This document shows, in pieces, positions 1 to 11,502 of a stretch of 64,000 nucleotides of DNA. This DNA is from Octopus vulgaris (lineage: Eukaryota): assembly GCA_951406725.2 (NCBI GenBank), contig OX597817.1, positions 43,276,001 to 43,340,000 of the forward strand, read 5' to 3'. The notes under the pieces are model-generated. The model saw only the letters and a program-made list of their open reading frames with translations, ran no database searches and had not been told where the DNA came from. How positions within the stretch are numbered: position 1 is the first letter of the stretch; each line of letters starts with the position of its first letter. Made by a program: the position numbers and the translations under genes.

Positions 1-164
1 GAGGGGAAAGTTAATTACACCGAACCCAGTTCTTGACTGGTACTTATTTTATCGATTATAAGAGGATGAAAGGCAAAGTCGATCTCGGTGGAATTTGAAT
101 TTAGAACATAAAGACGGACGAAATGTCGCTAAGCAGTTTATCCGGTATGCTAACGGTTCTGCCA
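1..164 (-). mobile_element. tRNA-derived SINE, family A (MetaSINE-like core), partial
   Basis: Reverse complement of the element at 538-775; contains GGATGAAAGGCAAAGTCGA and CTGGTACTTATTTTATCGA. Confidence 0.8.
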
Positions 165-537
165 AAGTCGGAATATCACAGACTTACAAAAATTACTTAC
201 GGTAGGGCGGGCATCATCGCATTATACCTCCTTTCCCTAGTAATATATAGCTCACACCTGATATGTGTTATACATTATTTAATGACTCTGTTGCCTTTAA
301 GAAACATTTTAAAAATTATCTAAATGAAAACTTCTCCGAGAGAAATGAAAGGAATGCCAAACTTTCGCCCGTCTATCAGCTATTTGCAATGAGTGAAAGA
401 CCACAAAAGTATGGCGATGGTGTACCACTCTGGCGAGCGATCACGATAACACAAAACATCATTGCTCAAAATATGAGTTTTATATCTTGTATGACAATTC
501 TCTTCACCAAAATATAAACAACTATATAGTTGATCTT

Positions 538-775
538 AAGGCGGCAAGCTGGCAGAAACGTTAGCACGCCAGGCGAAATGCTTAGGAGTATTTCGTCTGT
601 CTTTACGTTCTGAGTTCAAATTCCGCCGAGGTCGACTTTGCCTTTCATCCTTTCGGGATCGATAAATTAAGTACCAGTTACGCACTGGGTCGATGTAATC
701 GACTTAATCCTATTGTCTGTCCTTGTTTGTCCTCTCTGTGTTTCTGTGTTTAGCCCCTTGTGGGCAATAAAGAAA
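538..775 (+). mobile_element. tRNA-derived SINE, family A (MetaSINE-like core)
   Basis: Head GGCGGCAAGCTGGCAGAA, B-box-like GAGTTCAAATTCC, core GCCTTTCATCCTTTCGGG-TCGATAAA-TAAGTACCAG, A-rich end; more than 10 copies in this window. Confidence 0.85.
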
Positions 776-1439
776 CATATATAGTTAATCTTAAAGAAGA
801 TAAAATTCAAATACCGTGCTCATTTATCGTAGCTTATATATATAATAAATTTATGGTTTTCAGTATACTGTCACAATATTTTATTTACATGCAGAGAATC
901 ATGCGTTTCCCATTACGAAACCACTTTAAAATATATTTCAATGCGTATAAAATAGGGGAGTATATTATGCGCCTGAAAATACAGTATTTAGTTCTCATAT
1001 TTTGTATTCATAAGTAGATAGAAGAGAAAAGCAACTGCTTTACTCATTGTCTCACAGGCTATAATTTAAATTCATTACCCCCACCATCCCAAAGCATTTG
1101 CTATGAAGTGATATCATTTCAGAATTAGAGCTGCTTGGATTAGGGCTAAAGTAACAGTTTTTAGATTAGAACAAAGGGCAAAGTTAAGAGAATAGGTTAA
1201 TATTAAGATCTGAAAATTTCTTCCTAGACACAGTTTCAAGGTTGAAGAATTCCCCCTTTCACGAATAGATTACACGTTTCAGTTCTCAAACACTAGTATC
1301 CGCGTACTCGCCGTTATCACATTCTAAGAACGCAAACAAGAAAGAAGATTAATCTTTGTAATTAATGAGAGTTTACAAAGCTGTCGACATTCTATAAGAC
1401 CTGAATATGCTTCAGAATGACTTCTTCACCCATCTTTTG

Positions 1440-3035
1440 TGACCTCTTATTTAAACATCTTTACTGAAATTATGAACAGACTCCATCATTTTCTTTGTCA
1501 CATTATCATGCAGTATAACGATTCATTGCTTCATATAATTTGCTTTCAAAGAAATAGAAATTCTGATCTGAATCTTCTTGACCTGCTTTCATCTAGTTTG
1601 TCTCCTGCTAAAATGCTTCTCAGTATTATGATACGCATTCTTTAGTTTGCACTCGAGATCTATAATCGTTACAAATAATAAGTCCTTAGAACCATTGCCA
1701 ACTCTCTGAAGTAAGGTCCTGATTTGAATTTACTGCCATTCAAAACACTTCAAAATCAATTTACCATTTAATCTGGCACGAAGAATATTTTCAATCGTTT
1801 CAAATTTGGAAAGGAAGAACAAAAGACTCCAAGAATTAAAACAAATACTACTTAATGTAAAATACTCAACAACGTGCCAAAGCAATGGACATTAAAAAAA
1901 TTACAAAGAACAACAACAAAAAATACAAAACGAAGCAAAACAAAAAACAAAACAATCTCAATACACCAAATGCTCTACGTTACGTAAGAACAATACACAA
2001 CTTAAAGAATACAGAAAATTACAATATTATCCATAATAACATCACCTTATTGAAGCAAAACCCAAGGATAAGAGATGCATTCCAAATATTCTAAATAATT
2101 AAAAACTAAAGTCACACAAAATCCCTTAAGAAATTACTGACCAGCGCCAAATTGTCTTCCAAAAATACAACTGCCGTAATAATCAAGAAGTGTAGTCGCC
2201 TCCAACTGCAAAACTTTCATCTACTTTATAGAAGATACAGCCTATAAATTCAAATCAAGACATATCTTCACTGTAAAAAATTCCTTTATCTGTTCATCAA
2301 CAAAATTTAATTTATGCTATTAAGTGTATAAGTTGTAATGATGATTACATAGGACAGACAAAACGGTCTTTAAGAACCAGACTCACAATTCATAGGCAAC
2401 AAATAAGAAATGATAACGTTAGACATATGCCTCTGAGTAAACATTTAAATATATGTGCAACAAATACCATCCCGAAATTCTTAGTCTTTCAACTTCATCT
2501 TTGTTCTAATAAATATGGTTAAGTCAAATACGTTTATTAAAAGACATTAAAACACAATTTAATATTCTATAGCAAAATATCGTATGGACACATAACGGTT
2601 CCCTAACTAAAATTTAAAACCGTAACGCACTCTTTGGAAGTCTTCAATAAAGTCATTAACACAAAACATACAAATAAACAAAAAACCCAACAAAAACCAA
2701 AAAGAAAAAAAGCAAATAAAAAACAAATCAAACCAAAACAAAACAAACACTGGAATTTCCAAAATATATAGTGATGTCATCGAAAGATTAACAAATAGCT
2801 TGCTTTGGACAGAACAGCTAACGAACCACATTTGACGTCAGCATGATAATGCTAAAAATCTGAAAACGTAACACGTGGTTAAGAAATCGTTGAGAGACGG
2901 ACTGTTATACAAAACATGATAAAACTCTCTACATTCCATTACTTCTGAAAATCAAAAGAACTTGTAAAACCGGATAACTTATTGTACATAAATTTTTCAT
3001 AAAGCAAATTTTCTTAAACTGCATTTCCAACAAAC
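1440..3035 (+). mobile_element. Decayed Penelope-like retroelement (RT C-terminus/thumb, Cys linker, GIY-YIG endonuclease, pLTR remnant)
   Basis: Manual translation across frameshifts: HSKHFKINLPFNLARRIFSIVSNLERKNKRLQELKQILL (~1736-1852), KSLKKLLTSAKL (~2119-2154), NLIYAIKC...CNDDYIGQTKRSLRTRLTIHRQQIR (~2305-2408, GIY-YIG). A degenerate hammerhead-like motif lies downstream at 2860-2891. Boundaries approximate. Confidence 0.8.
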
Positions 3036-3091
3036 GTTTTATTTTTCTGTCTGTCTGTATGTATGTATGTCTGTAAAATAAATGTAAATAC

Positions 3092-3139
<48 letters not shown>

Positions 3140-3141
<2 letters not shown>

Positions 3142-3654
3142 CCTAATTTGCTGACTTTTCTGCTGGCATGTAAGTCTCGATGAATGGTTGAATGATCAAA
3201 TCCAAGCTTCTCTGCTAGTTCCTCAACAGCTACGATGGGATTTTGTTCTACCAAGGTTTGCAGGACGCCCTGGTCAAGCTCTACAGATCTTCCAGGACGC
3301 GGCTCGTCTTCTACGCAGTAGTTTCCGGTTCTGAATTTCTGAAACCACCGTTGACAATGGTTTACGCTTATTGTCCGATCCCCATATACTGCATGAATAT
3401 TCCTCACACTTACCGTTGCGTTGTTGCCTTTATTGAACTCATAAAGCAAAATATGCTGAATGTAGTCATTTGCCACTTTCATTATATCTTTGAAAAAATA
3501 ACTGTTAAAATCGAACTGCACTCTTCAAAACTTGTACTAAGAATAAGGTAAAATTACTACTTGCATTTATAGCAAGTTGATGCAGGTAGTTTATTCCGTC
3601 CCCACCGACTTTTAGTTCATGCAAATGAAAAAGCCGCATTATTTAGAGGATGAC

Positions 3655-3658
<4 letters not shown>
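3140..3658 (-). mobile_element. Mariner-family transposon, 5' fragment (TIR + HTH region of transposase)
   Basis: ORF 3039-3521(-) has ILLYEFNKGNNAT...CQRWFQKFRTGNYCVEDEPRPGR, a Mos1-like HTH; mariner-type TIR TTGGGTCATCCTCTAAATAATGCGG starts at 3658 next to (TA)n; truncated by (TA)n at ~3140. Confidence 0.85.
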
Positions 3659-3729
<71 letters not shown>

Positions 3730-3942
3730 TTATATTTATATTAAGGGCATTACTAAACATCCTTAATATAAATAAATATATCTAAAGGGAATAATTAAAA
3801 AAATTCCCTTATGAGGTTTTTCACGCTGACTACTTGATAAATTATTTTAAAGATTTTAGCGTTAAACTAATACATCTGTTTGTTGCCTACACCACCTGTC
3901 TTTGTCTTTTGTTTTTTTTTGTGAATTCTCCCTATATATATA

Positions 3943-4166
3943 TAAGAAAAATAAGAAAATAGAACTAAATCAGTTAAGATTTATGTTTATTAATTCCCAA
4001 AATAGACATAATCTCTGATGACAGCTGTTTCGACTTTATAATGATTTAATTATTTTTTATTAATTTCTAAAGTTTGAATCGAAACAGCTGTCAGAGATTA
4101 TGTCTATTTTTGGAATTAATAGATATAATTATTAATTGATTAATCTCTATTTTCTTATTTTTCTTA
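3943..4166. mobile_element. Inverted-repeat insertion with hammerhead-like motifs (Penelope-like pLTR derivative)
   Basis: Arms of about 95 bp (TAAGAAAAATAAGAAAATAG...ACAGCTGTTTCGA / TCGAAACAGCTGTC...CTATTTTCTTATTTTTCTTA); CTGATGA at 4015 and GAAACAGCTGTC at 4081. Confidence 0.65.
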
Positions 4167-4249
4167 AATAAATATTAAACCTCGATTTATTTAATTACTT
4201 TATATTTGAATATTAAATCTAATCAAAATAAATGATAGGTCATAAACCA

Positions 4250-4542
4250 GTTCTATAGTTAAGAGATGAAGAATTATGTACCTTATTTACATTATTTACC
4301 TTATTTACATCGACGGATATTTGTCCTCATCTTGTTTGTTGTTAGCACAACGTTTCGGCTGATATACCCTGCAGCCTTCTTCAGGTGTCTTGGGGAAAAA
4401 TAGCTTAGGATTGAGAACCCAGGTTCGAAATTTCCCCAAGACATCTGAAGAAAGCTGCAGAGTATATCAGCCGAAACGTTGTGCTAACAACAAACAAGAT
4501 GAAGACAAATATCCGTCGAATGTAAATAATGTAAATAAGGTA
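4250..4542. mobile_element. Inverted-repeat insertion with back-to-back hammerhead motifs
   Basis: Arms 4279-4399 and 4430-4542. The minus arm reads CAC-CTGAAGA-A-GGCTG..CAGCC-GAAACGTT-GTG; the plus arm carries the same motif. Further copies at 32747-32880 and 49695-49988. Confidence 0.75.
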
Positions 4543-4578
4543 GGTAATAAACCAGTAAATTCACTTGATATTATTATC

Positions 4579-4689
<111 letters not shown>

Positions 4690-4741
4690 GTGTGTGGGGT
4701 GGGGTGTATATATGAGCTTGTGCCTATAGCAGAAAAGTTAA

Positions 4742-5185
4742 GTCTGCGAGCTGGCAGATTCGTTAGCACGTCGGACAAAATACTTCGCGGCATTTCTGCC
4801 GGCTTTACGTTCTGAGTTCAAATTCAACTGAACTCAGCTTTGCTTTTCATCCTTTCGGGATCGAATGTCAAACACTGGGGGTCAATGAAATCAACTATCC
4901 CTCTCCTCGGAAATTTCCGGCAAAAGTTGGGTCTACAGTAGAAAGGAATATTTACTATTGTTGATTTCAAAATTTGTTACTAGGCCTGAAATTTCGGAGG
5001 ATGGGGGTAAGTCGATTACATCGATTCCAGTATTCAACTGCTACTTATTTTATTGCCCACGATAGGATGAAAGGCAAAGTCGATGTTGGGCGAAGTTTGG
5101 ATTTGAACTCAGAACGTAAAGATGATCGAAACGCCGCTAAACATTTTGCGCGGTGTGCTAACGATTCTGCCAGCTCATCGCCTTG
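4742..5185. mobile_element. Two family A SINEs in inverted orientation (4742-4945 +, 4975-5185 -)
   Basis: Both match the 538-775 element, on opposite strands. Confidence 0.75.
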
Positions 5186-5189
5186 ATTC

Positions 5190-5419
5190 TTTTACTCTTT
5201 ATTCTTTTACTTGTTTCAGTCACTTGACTGTGGCCTTGCTGGAGCACCGCCCTTAGTCGAGCAAATCGACTCCAGGACTTATTTTTTGTAAGCCTAGTAC
5301 TTATTCTAACGGACTCTTTTGCCGAACCGCTAAGTTACGGGGACGTAAACACACCCGCATCGGTTGTCAAGCGATGTTGGGGGGGGGAAACACAGACACA
5401 CAAACATATACACATACAC

Positions 5420-5493
<74 letters not shown>

Positions 5494-5673
5494 CATATAT
5501 ACATATATACGACGGGCTTCTTTCAGTTTCCGTCTACCAAATCCACTCACAAGGCTTTGGTCGGCCTGAGGCTATAGTAAAAGACACTTGTCCGAGGTGC
5601 CACGCAGTGGGACTGAACCCGGAACCATGTGGTTCGTAAGCAAGCTACTTACCACACAGCCACTCCTACGCCT
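5190..5673 (-). mobile_element. tRNA-derived SINE, family B (CORE-like, with internal microsatellite)
   Basis: Minus-strand head GGCGTAGGAGTGGCTGTGTGGTAAG...GGGTTCAGTCCC, CORE-like GCACCTCGGACAAGTGTCTT, central (TA)n, tail TGACTGAAACAAGTAAAAGA. Confidence 0.85.
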
Positions 5674-5994
5674 ATAATTATTTACTTAGATTGCTCGACG
5701 GCTCTTTAATCAACATTATCTATACTTATCACATATCCATGCGAGTAGAGTCTTCTTTCTTATGCAATACATCTGACTTCTTCGTACACCTAGTTTCCCT
5801 CTCATCTCATTTCTTCTTCTTCGTTCACGCACGCTAACATCGACACACCCAATGGAACTTGCTTGCCTCATTTCTTTTCTTCCATCACACATCCTTTGCA
5901 TTTAATATTCATGTTTCGTTACCAAGCAACATTATAACTTCGCACGTAAGCTTCATACAATCTGCCTTTCACTCGGACAGAGAATCTTTTATCT

Positions 5995-5995
5995 T

Positions 5996-6036
<41 letters not shown>

Positions 6037-6341
6037 TGTTGTTGTTGTTGTTCTTCTTCTTCTTCTTCTTCTTCTTCTTCTTCTTCTACTACTACTACTA
6101 CTACTACTACTATTTCTTCTATTTCTTTTTCTTTTTCTTCTTTTTTTTCTTCTCCCCTTCCCCTCCCCCATCTTCACCCCTCCCCCATCTTCACCCTCCC
6201 CCATCTTCACCCCTCCCCTCATCTTCCTCCTCTCCCTCTCCTCCTCCTCCTCTCCCTCCCTTCTTCTTCTTCTTCTTCTTCTTCTTCTTCTTCTTCTTCT
6301 TCTTCTTCTTCTTCTTCTTCTTCTTCTTCTTCTTCTTCTTC
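5995..6341. repeat. Compound microsatellite (TAG)n(TTG)n(TTC)n(CTA)n with a C-rich tract and a second (TTC)n
   Basis: Direct inspection. Confidence 0.95.
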
Positions 6342-6559
6342 AATCCCAAGCCGTTCCTGGTTGATCGGATTTACGATAAAACAAGCTTTCCATCCAGCTG
6401 TGGCCATTCCGCGATTTTTGTTGAACTAAGACACTGACCAATGCACCCTTCTCTTTTTTAGATAGTAAAAACGTGTTTGAAAGAAATATGGCAGCTGTTT
6501 TTTGCAGGTCGCACGATTATGCAAAGCAGGCAAAAGCTACACGGTCAAAGTCATCACAC

Positions 6560-7090
6560 TAGGAACCACTAAAAGCATGCAATGAAGCAGAATATAGTAA
6601 TTGCAGGATGTTTAGAGACGGGGAAGAAACTGTTTACTGTTATCTTAGCCAAAAGAGAATATATTTACAGGCACGACAGAATTGGATATACATACACCCG
6701 ACGTTACGACAATAATATGAACTACCAAGAGAAAAGAGTTGCTATTAGCATACATCAGAAAAAGTTTTAGATAATGACAAAGCAACCATGCGATGGATAT
6801 GCCAAAGCACACACAGAGCAAAGTTAATCGATTAGATATTTTTGTAAAAGGCCATCAGGAAAGAAAGTACTTTGTAATTGATATATCATTCTCAATTGAT
6901 GATATCTCTAAAAGAAATGGAGAAAATTATACAAATAACAATATGTAGAAATAATGGTAACCCGAACGTGGGAACTAAAAACAGAAATGGTCTCAATAAC
7001 AATAATAGGTTCTTTGGGAACGATAAAAGGATAACATATTATATGCAGACCCCTACATGACAGAACTTCCAGTATTTACAAATATACACA
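6560..7090 (+). mobile_element. Old, degenerate restriction-like-endonuclease non-LTR retrotransposon fragment (R4/Dong-like)
   Basis: Residual motifs IVIAGC...LAKREYIYRHDRIG, YFVIDIS, SLKEMEKI, IIGSLGTI in the same order as in the RLE domain at 9698-10255. Confidence 0.6.
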
Positions 7091-7095
7091 ACATA

Positions 7096-7827
7096 TGAGG
7101 TGTTTAGTAACAGACCGTCGTAAGCGTCACAACTTAAAAACCGAGAAAAACGAAGTCAAAGTTTTGCGACTTTCAGAATGCGATATCTCAGCAAGGAATG
7201 AATTTAGGAAGTTGGTTTTGGTTTTAAAATGACTGTGAAGACCTCCTCTAATCATTCTACCTATGTAAAATTTATATATTTATGTATCCATCTGAAAGGT
7301 GAAACAATGATTGCGTCTTTCTCATTTTGTAGAATATACCAGTACTACGAAACGGTGTATCGCATTGCATATTTTAGCCATAATACCTAGAAAAAACATA
7401 CAGAGACCCCTCATCCCTAAAGTATTGTTTGTGCTTTAATACACCGAAGTAAGTATCTTTAAGAGGTAAGTAAGATAAGATAGTAAGATAATAGCCCATT
7501 ATCATTACGATGTTAACAAGGAATATCGGAAAATAAGCGATAACACCTCGAAAAATGATACAGGGACCACACCAAAGTTATTGATTGAGTGTGTGTGCAT
7601 ACGATGGTGTGTTACTAAACTCTCTGGTCCGAGTTTGAGTGACTGAGCGTCGTGTCAGTAGCGTCGAGGTACAATTTTTTCCAGCCGGATTTTCGACCTT
7701 TTTGCAAACCTCACCGGTTCTTTCGCCCAACACTTTCGTATTCTAGACGTCGAGACAAAGAAAATGATATACTAACCTCGAAAATGGCTGGGGCGGCGCT
7801 TACAACACCCTGTTACTAAACGTCTCG
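7096..7827. mobile_element. Non-autonomous Tc1/mariner-type DNA transposon
   Basis: Imperfect ~33-bp TIRs (TGAGGTGTTTAGTAACAGACCGTCGTAAGCGTC / GGCGCTTACAACACCCTGTTACTAAACGTCTCG) flanked by TA on both sides; no ORF. Confidence 0.7.
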
Positions 7828-7989
7828 TATAAAATAGCCGTATTAGTAATTACTTACATATTAATTTCAACAAAAAATTCCCCAGTTAACTGCATATTGA
7901 AAAGGGACTTAAAACTGCGCTGGGTAATGCACGCGATAAAAATAAGACTGCTGAATAATAATTACAATCATCCTTTCTGCTATAGACAC

Positions 7990-8546
7990 AACGGAATTGT
8001 TCTAAGAGATTATATCGACCTCGAAAGGATGGAAAGCTAAGGAGACCTCGATGAAATTTGAACCCGAACGGAAGAAATGCCGCTACGCATTTTGACCGGC
8101 GTGCTAACGTTTCTGTTAGCAATAATAATAACAATGGCTTCAAATTTTGGCACAAGACCAGCAATTTATGGCGGTGGGGTTAAGTCTATTACATCGACCC
8201 AACTGTTCGACTGGTACTTATTTTATCGATCTCAAAAGGGATGAAAGACAAAGTCGACCTCGGCGGAATTTGAACTCAGAACGTAGCGACGAGCGAAATA
8301 CCTATTTCTTTACTGCCCACAAGGGGCTAAACACAGAGGGGACAAACAAGGACAGACAAACGGATGAAGTCGATTATATCGACCCAGTGCGTAACTGGTA
8401 CTTATTTAATTGACCCCGAAAGGATGAAAGGCAAAGTCGACCTCGGCGGAATTTGAACTCAGAACGTAGCGGCAGACGAAATACCGCTAAACATTTCGCC
8501 TGGCGCGCTAACGTTTCTGCCAGCTCGCCGCCTTGATGATGACGAT

Positions 8547-8590
<44 letters not shown>

Positions 8591-8695
8591 GGATGAAAGG
8601 CAATGCTGACCTTGCGTCATTTGAACTTAGGACATAACGATAGATGAAAGGCTACTAAGCATTTTGTCTGGCATGCTAATAGTTCTGACAGCTTG
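7990..8695 (-). mobile_element. Cluster of family A SINEs, including a dimeric copy at 8140-8534
   Basis: Repeated GGATGAAAG(G/A)CAAAGTCGACCTCGGCGGAATTTGAACTCAGAACG. Confidence 0.8.
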
Positions 8696-8737
8696 AATAA
8701 TAGTATTAATAATGATGATGATAATAATAATAATATT

Positions 8738-8771
<34 letters not shown>

Positions 8772-8798
8772 GCAACAATGGTAGTAGTAGTAGTAGTA

Positions 8799-8836
<38 letters not shown>

Positions 8837-8839
<3 letters not shown>

Positions 8840-10350
8840 GCTATTCACAAAAAGTGAGGCTGAACTGGACAGCCTAGTCCAGTCTGTGCGGATTTTTCCC
8901 AATGATATTAAGATGGCGTTTGGATTCTCAAAATGTGTTACGATGGTGATGAGATGAGGAAAGCTTGCCAAGACAGAAAGCATATGGTTGCCAAGTTGTG
9001 AAATGATGAAGGCAATTCAACCTCCATCCAGCTATAAATACCTAGGAATACTCAAGGCAGATGAAATCAAATACCACGACATGAAGGAAAAGACAGAGAG
9101 TACCTGCGGCGAGTGAAAAAAAATATTGACGTCAAATCTGAACGCCAGAAACATAATTTCGGCAATAAACTCGCGCGCAGTCGCAGTAGCTCGTTATGGC
9201 GCTGGAATCCTGAAGTGGACAGAGGAGGAGCTAGAAGAGATAGGAAAGAAGTCACGAAAGCTCTTAATGATACATGGAACCCATCATCCACGCGCAGACA
9301 CTGATCACCTATACATGAAGATAGCAAATGGAGGAAGGGGACTGATAAGTGTGGAAGACTGCGTGCATATCGAATTCGAGAGCTTAATGAGATACCTAGT
9401 CCAAAGTAAGGAAATCTTGCTAGTGACAGTTAGGAACGAGGGAATATTGGGAGCAGAAAATAAAAATGGGAAAACAAAGGAAGAAATACAAAAAGGACAT
9501 GAAGAAGAATTACGCAAGAAAGGACTTCACAATAAGTTCCTTGTAGCCACAACAGAAGTTGCTGGAAAAAATAGGTGGGATTGGCTGATGAAAGGAACTC
9601 TAAAAAAAGAGAGCACTATACTGGCAGCGCAAGTCCAATCGCTGGCCACGAACTGGAGGATCAACAGGCGGAATGAGCTGGTGCTGCATCTACAATAGTG
9701 TCGATGAAACCATTGTCTATATCACGAACGAATGCCCTAGACTTTCCCCCAAACCACTACAAGTTGTGGCGACACGACCAAGTAGCGAAAGTGCTGCATT
9801 GGAAACTGTGCGAAAAGTTGGGGCTACAGAGAGGCAAGACGTGGTATAAACACAAACTGCAGAGAGTGATAGAGTCGGAAACTAGGAAAATCCTCTGGGA
9901 TTTCCCTAGCCAAACAATTCAGATGCTAGAGCATAACAGATCAGATCTAGTGACGGTGGACAAGGTGCACCATATATGCTATATAGTTGACGTTGGATGC
10001 TCCTTTTCCTCACAAATAATCAATAAGGAAGGCGAAAAGATAGATATGTACGACCCTCTTAAGTACGAAATGGCCCGGCTATGGAAAATGAAGACGGTGA
10101 AAATAGTGCCAATTATTGTTGGGTTCTTGGGAACAGTATCAGAAGGCATCAAGAGGAATATAAAGGAAATTGGAATAGAGCGCCCGGTAGAACTGTTACA
10201 AAAGGTTTGCCTCCTTGGCATGGCCAGAATAATCAGGAAAGTATTAGATAGCTGAAATGAACGAATAGCTTGGTACCGTAGGCTGCAAGTAGTAAGCCCG
10301 CTACTCATGCAACACTCCAGGATCTACAACAAAACCTGTGATAAAAAGAA
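8837..10350 (+). mobile_element. 5'-truncated R4/Dong-like non-LTR retrotransposon (RT C-terminus + restriction-like endonuclease) in a (TAA)n microsatellite
   Basis: KLFTKSEAELDSLVQSVRIFPNDIKMAFGFSKC (post-YxDD RT), YKYLG, LNARNIISAIN...GGRGLISVED, then RHD...SDL...IVDV...K-IDMYDPL...IVPIIVGFLG (PD-D/ExK RLE). Frameshifted. (AAT)n on both flanks; Dong-type elements are known to target TAA repeats. Confidence 0.85.
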
Positions 10351-10404
<54 letters not shown>

Positions 10405-10405
<1 letters not shown>

Positions 10406-10643
10406 TATGTTGATTCGCTAGCTTCTGCACGCATTTTTTTCTCTCCTTGTTTTTCTTTTTTTCTCTCCTTTTTTTCTCTCCTTGTTTCTCTCCGTGTTTC
10501 TTTTCTGTGTATCTTTCTGTCGAAGAGCGTAGGCTCGAAACGTAAAAGACTTGTTTTATTTCTATTCCTGAGCGCCATACTAATACAATTGTTTGTTTGT
10601 ATTCCACCTGCCTTCGTCTTTTGTTTATTTTCATAAAGCTTCC

Positions 10644-10645
<2 letters not shown>
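10405..10645 (+). mobile_element. Penelope-like pLTR fragment with minimal hammerhead (variant core) at 10512-10549
   Basis: TCTTT-CTGTCGAA-GAGC-GTAG-GCTC-GAAA-CG-TA-AAAGA; its 3' part recurs at 3868-3932. Confidence 0.6.
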
Positions 10646-10694
<49 letters not shown>

Positions 10695-10698
<4 letters not shown>

Positions 10699-11153
10699 GT
10701 ACATTTGCCACTTAAATGTGGCTAACCACTAAGGGTGGATGCTACTGTAGCTTGTAGCCCCAGGAGTACATCTTCACCAGCTGGCTATTGACACACTTTC
10801 TGAGCCCTATCAGTATTTGAAAAGGGAAGCCATCCTTCCCATCGTCGACCTGACGTGATACGCACGGACCCAAGCTTTTGGCTATTTACCCGTCGTCAGC
10901 GCACGACAATCACCGGTCTTCGATGCGAAGGAGTCCCAATGTAAACACATATATCCTTTTTCCAGTGACAAAATGATGGCTTCCCTTTGCAAATACTGAT
11001 AGGGCACAGAAAGTGTGTCAATAGCCAGCTGGAGAAGATGTTCTCCTGGGGCTACAAGCTACAGTAGCATCCACCCTTATGGGTTAGCCACATTTAAGTG
11101 ACAGTATACTTCACATTGTCGTGCAGCTACTGTTTATACCTCGTTCAGAGATT

Positions 11154-11157
<4 letters not shown>
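10695..11157. mobile_element. Asymmetric inverted-repeat insertion in (TA)n
   Basis: Arms of about 140 bp (10695-10834, 10975-11113), ~45-bp extension on the right, (TA)n on both sides; degenerate hammerhead in the spacer (minus strand CTGACGA..GCC-AAAAGCTT, 10872-10899). Confidence 0.75.
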
Positions 11158-11201
<44 letters not shown>

Positions 11202-11299
11202 ATATATATATATATATTGGCCTGCTCGCTTAGCCAGCGGGGTGGCATCATTTGAAGGCTAAAACCGGTTACATAGCATATAGATAGTTTCTAATTTCT

Positions 11300-11502
11300 T
11301 ATAGAGGGGACAAACAAGGACAGACAAAGAGATTAGGTCGATTACATCGACCCAGTGCGTAACTGGTACTTAATTTATCGACCCCGAGAGGATAAAAGAC
11401 AAAGTCGACCTCGGCGGAATTTGAACTCAGAACGTAACGGCAGACGAAATATCGCTAAGCATTTAGCCCGGCGTGCTAACGTTTCTGCCAGCTCGCCGCC
11501 TT
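11300..11502 (-). mobile_element. Family A SINE
   Basis: Near-identical to 8335-8534. Confidence 0.85.

Noticed and set aside
1135-1205. TTAGGG-like telomeric remnant
   Set aside because: Only one exact unit with degenerate neighbours; not enough for an interstitial telomere call.
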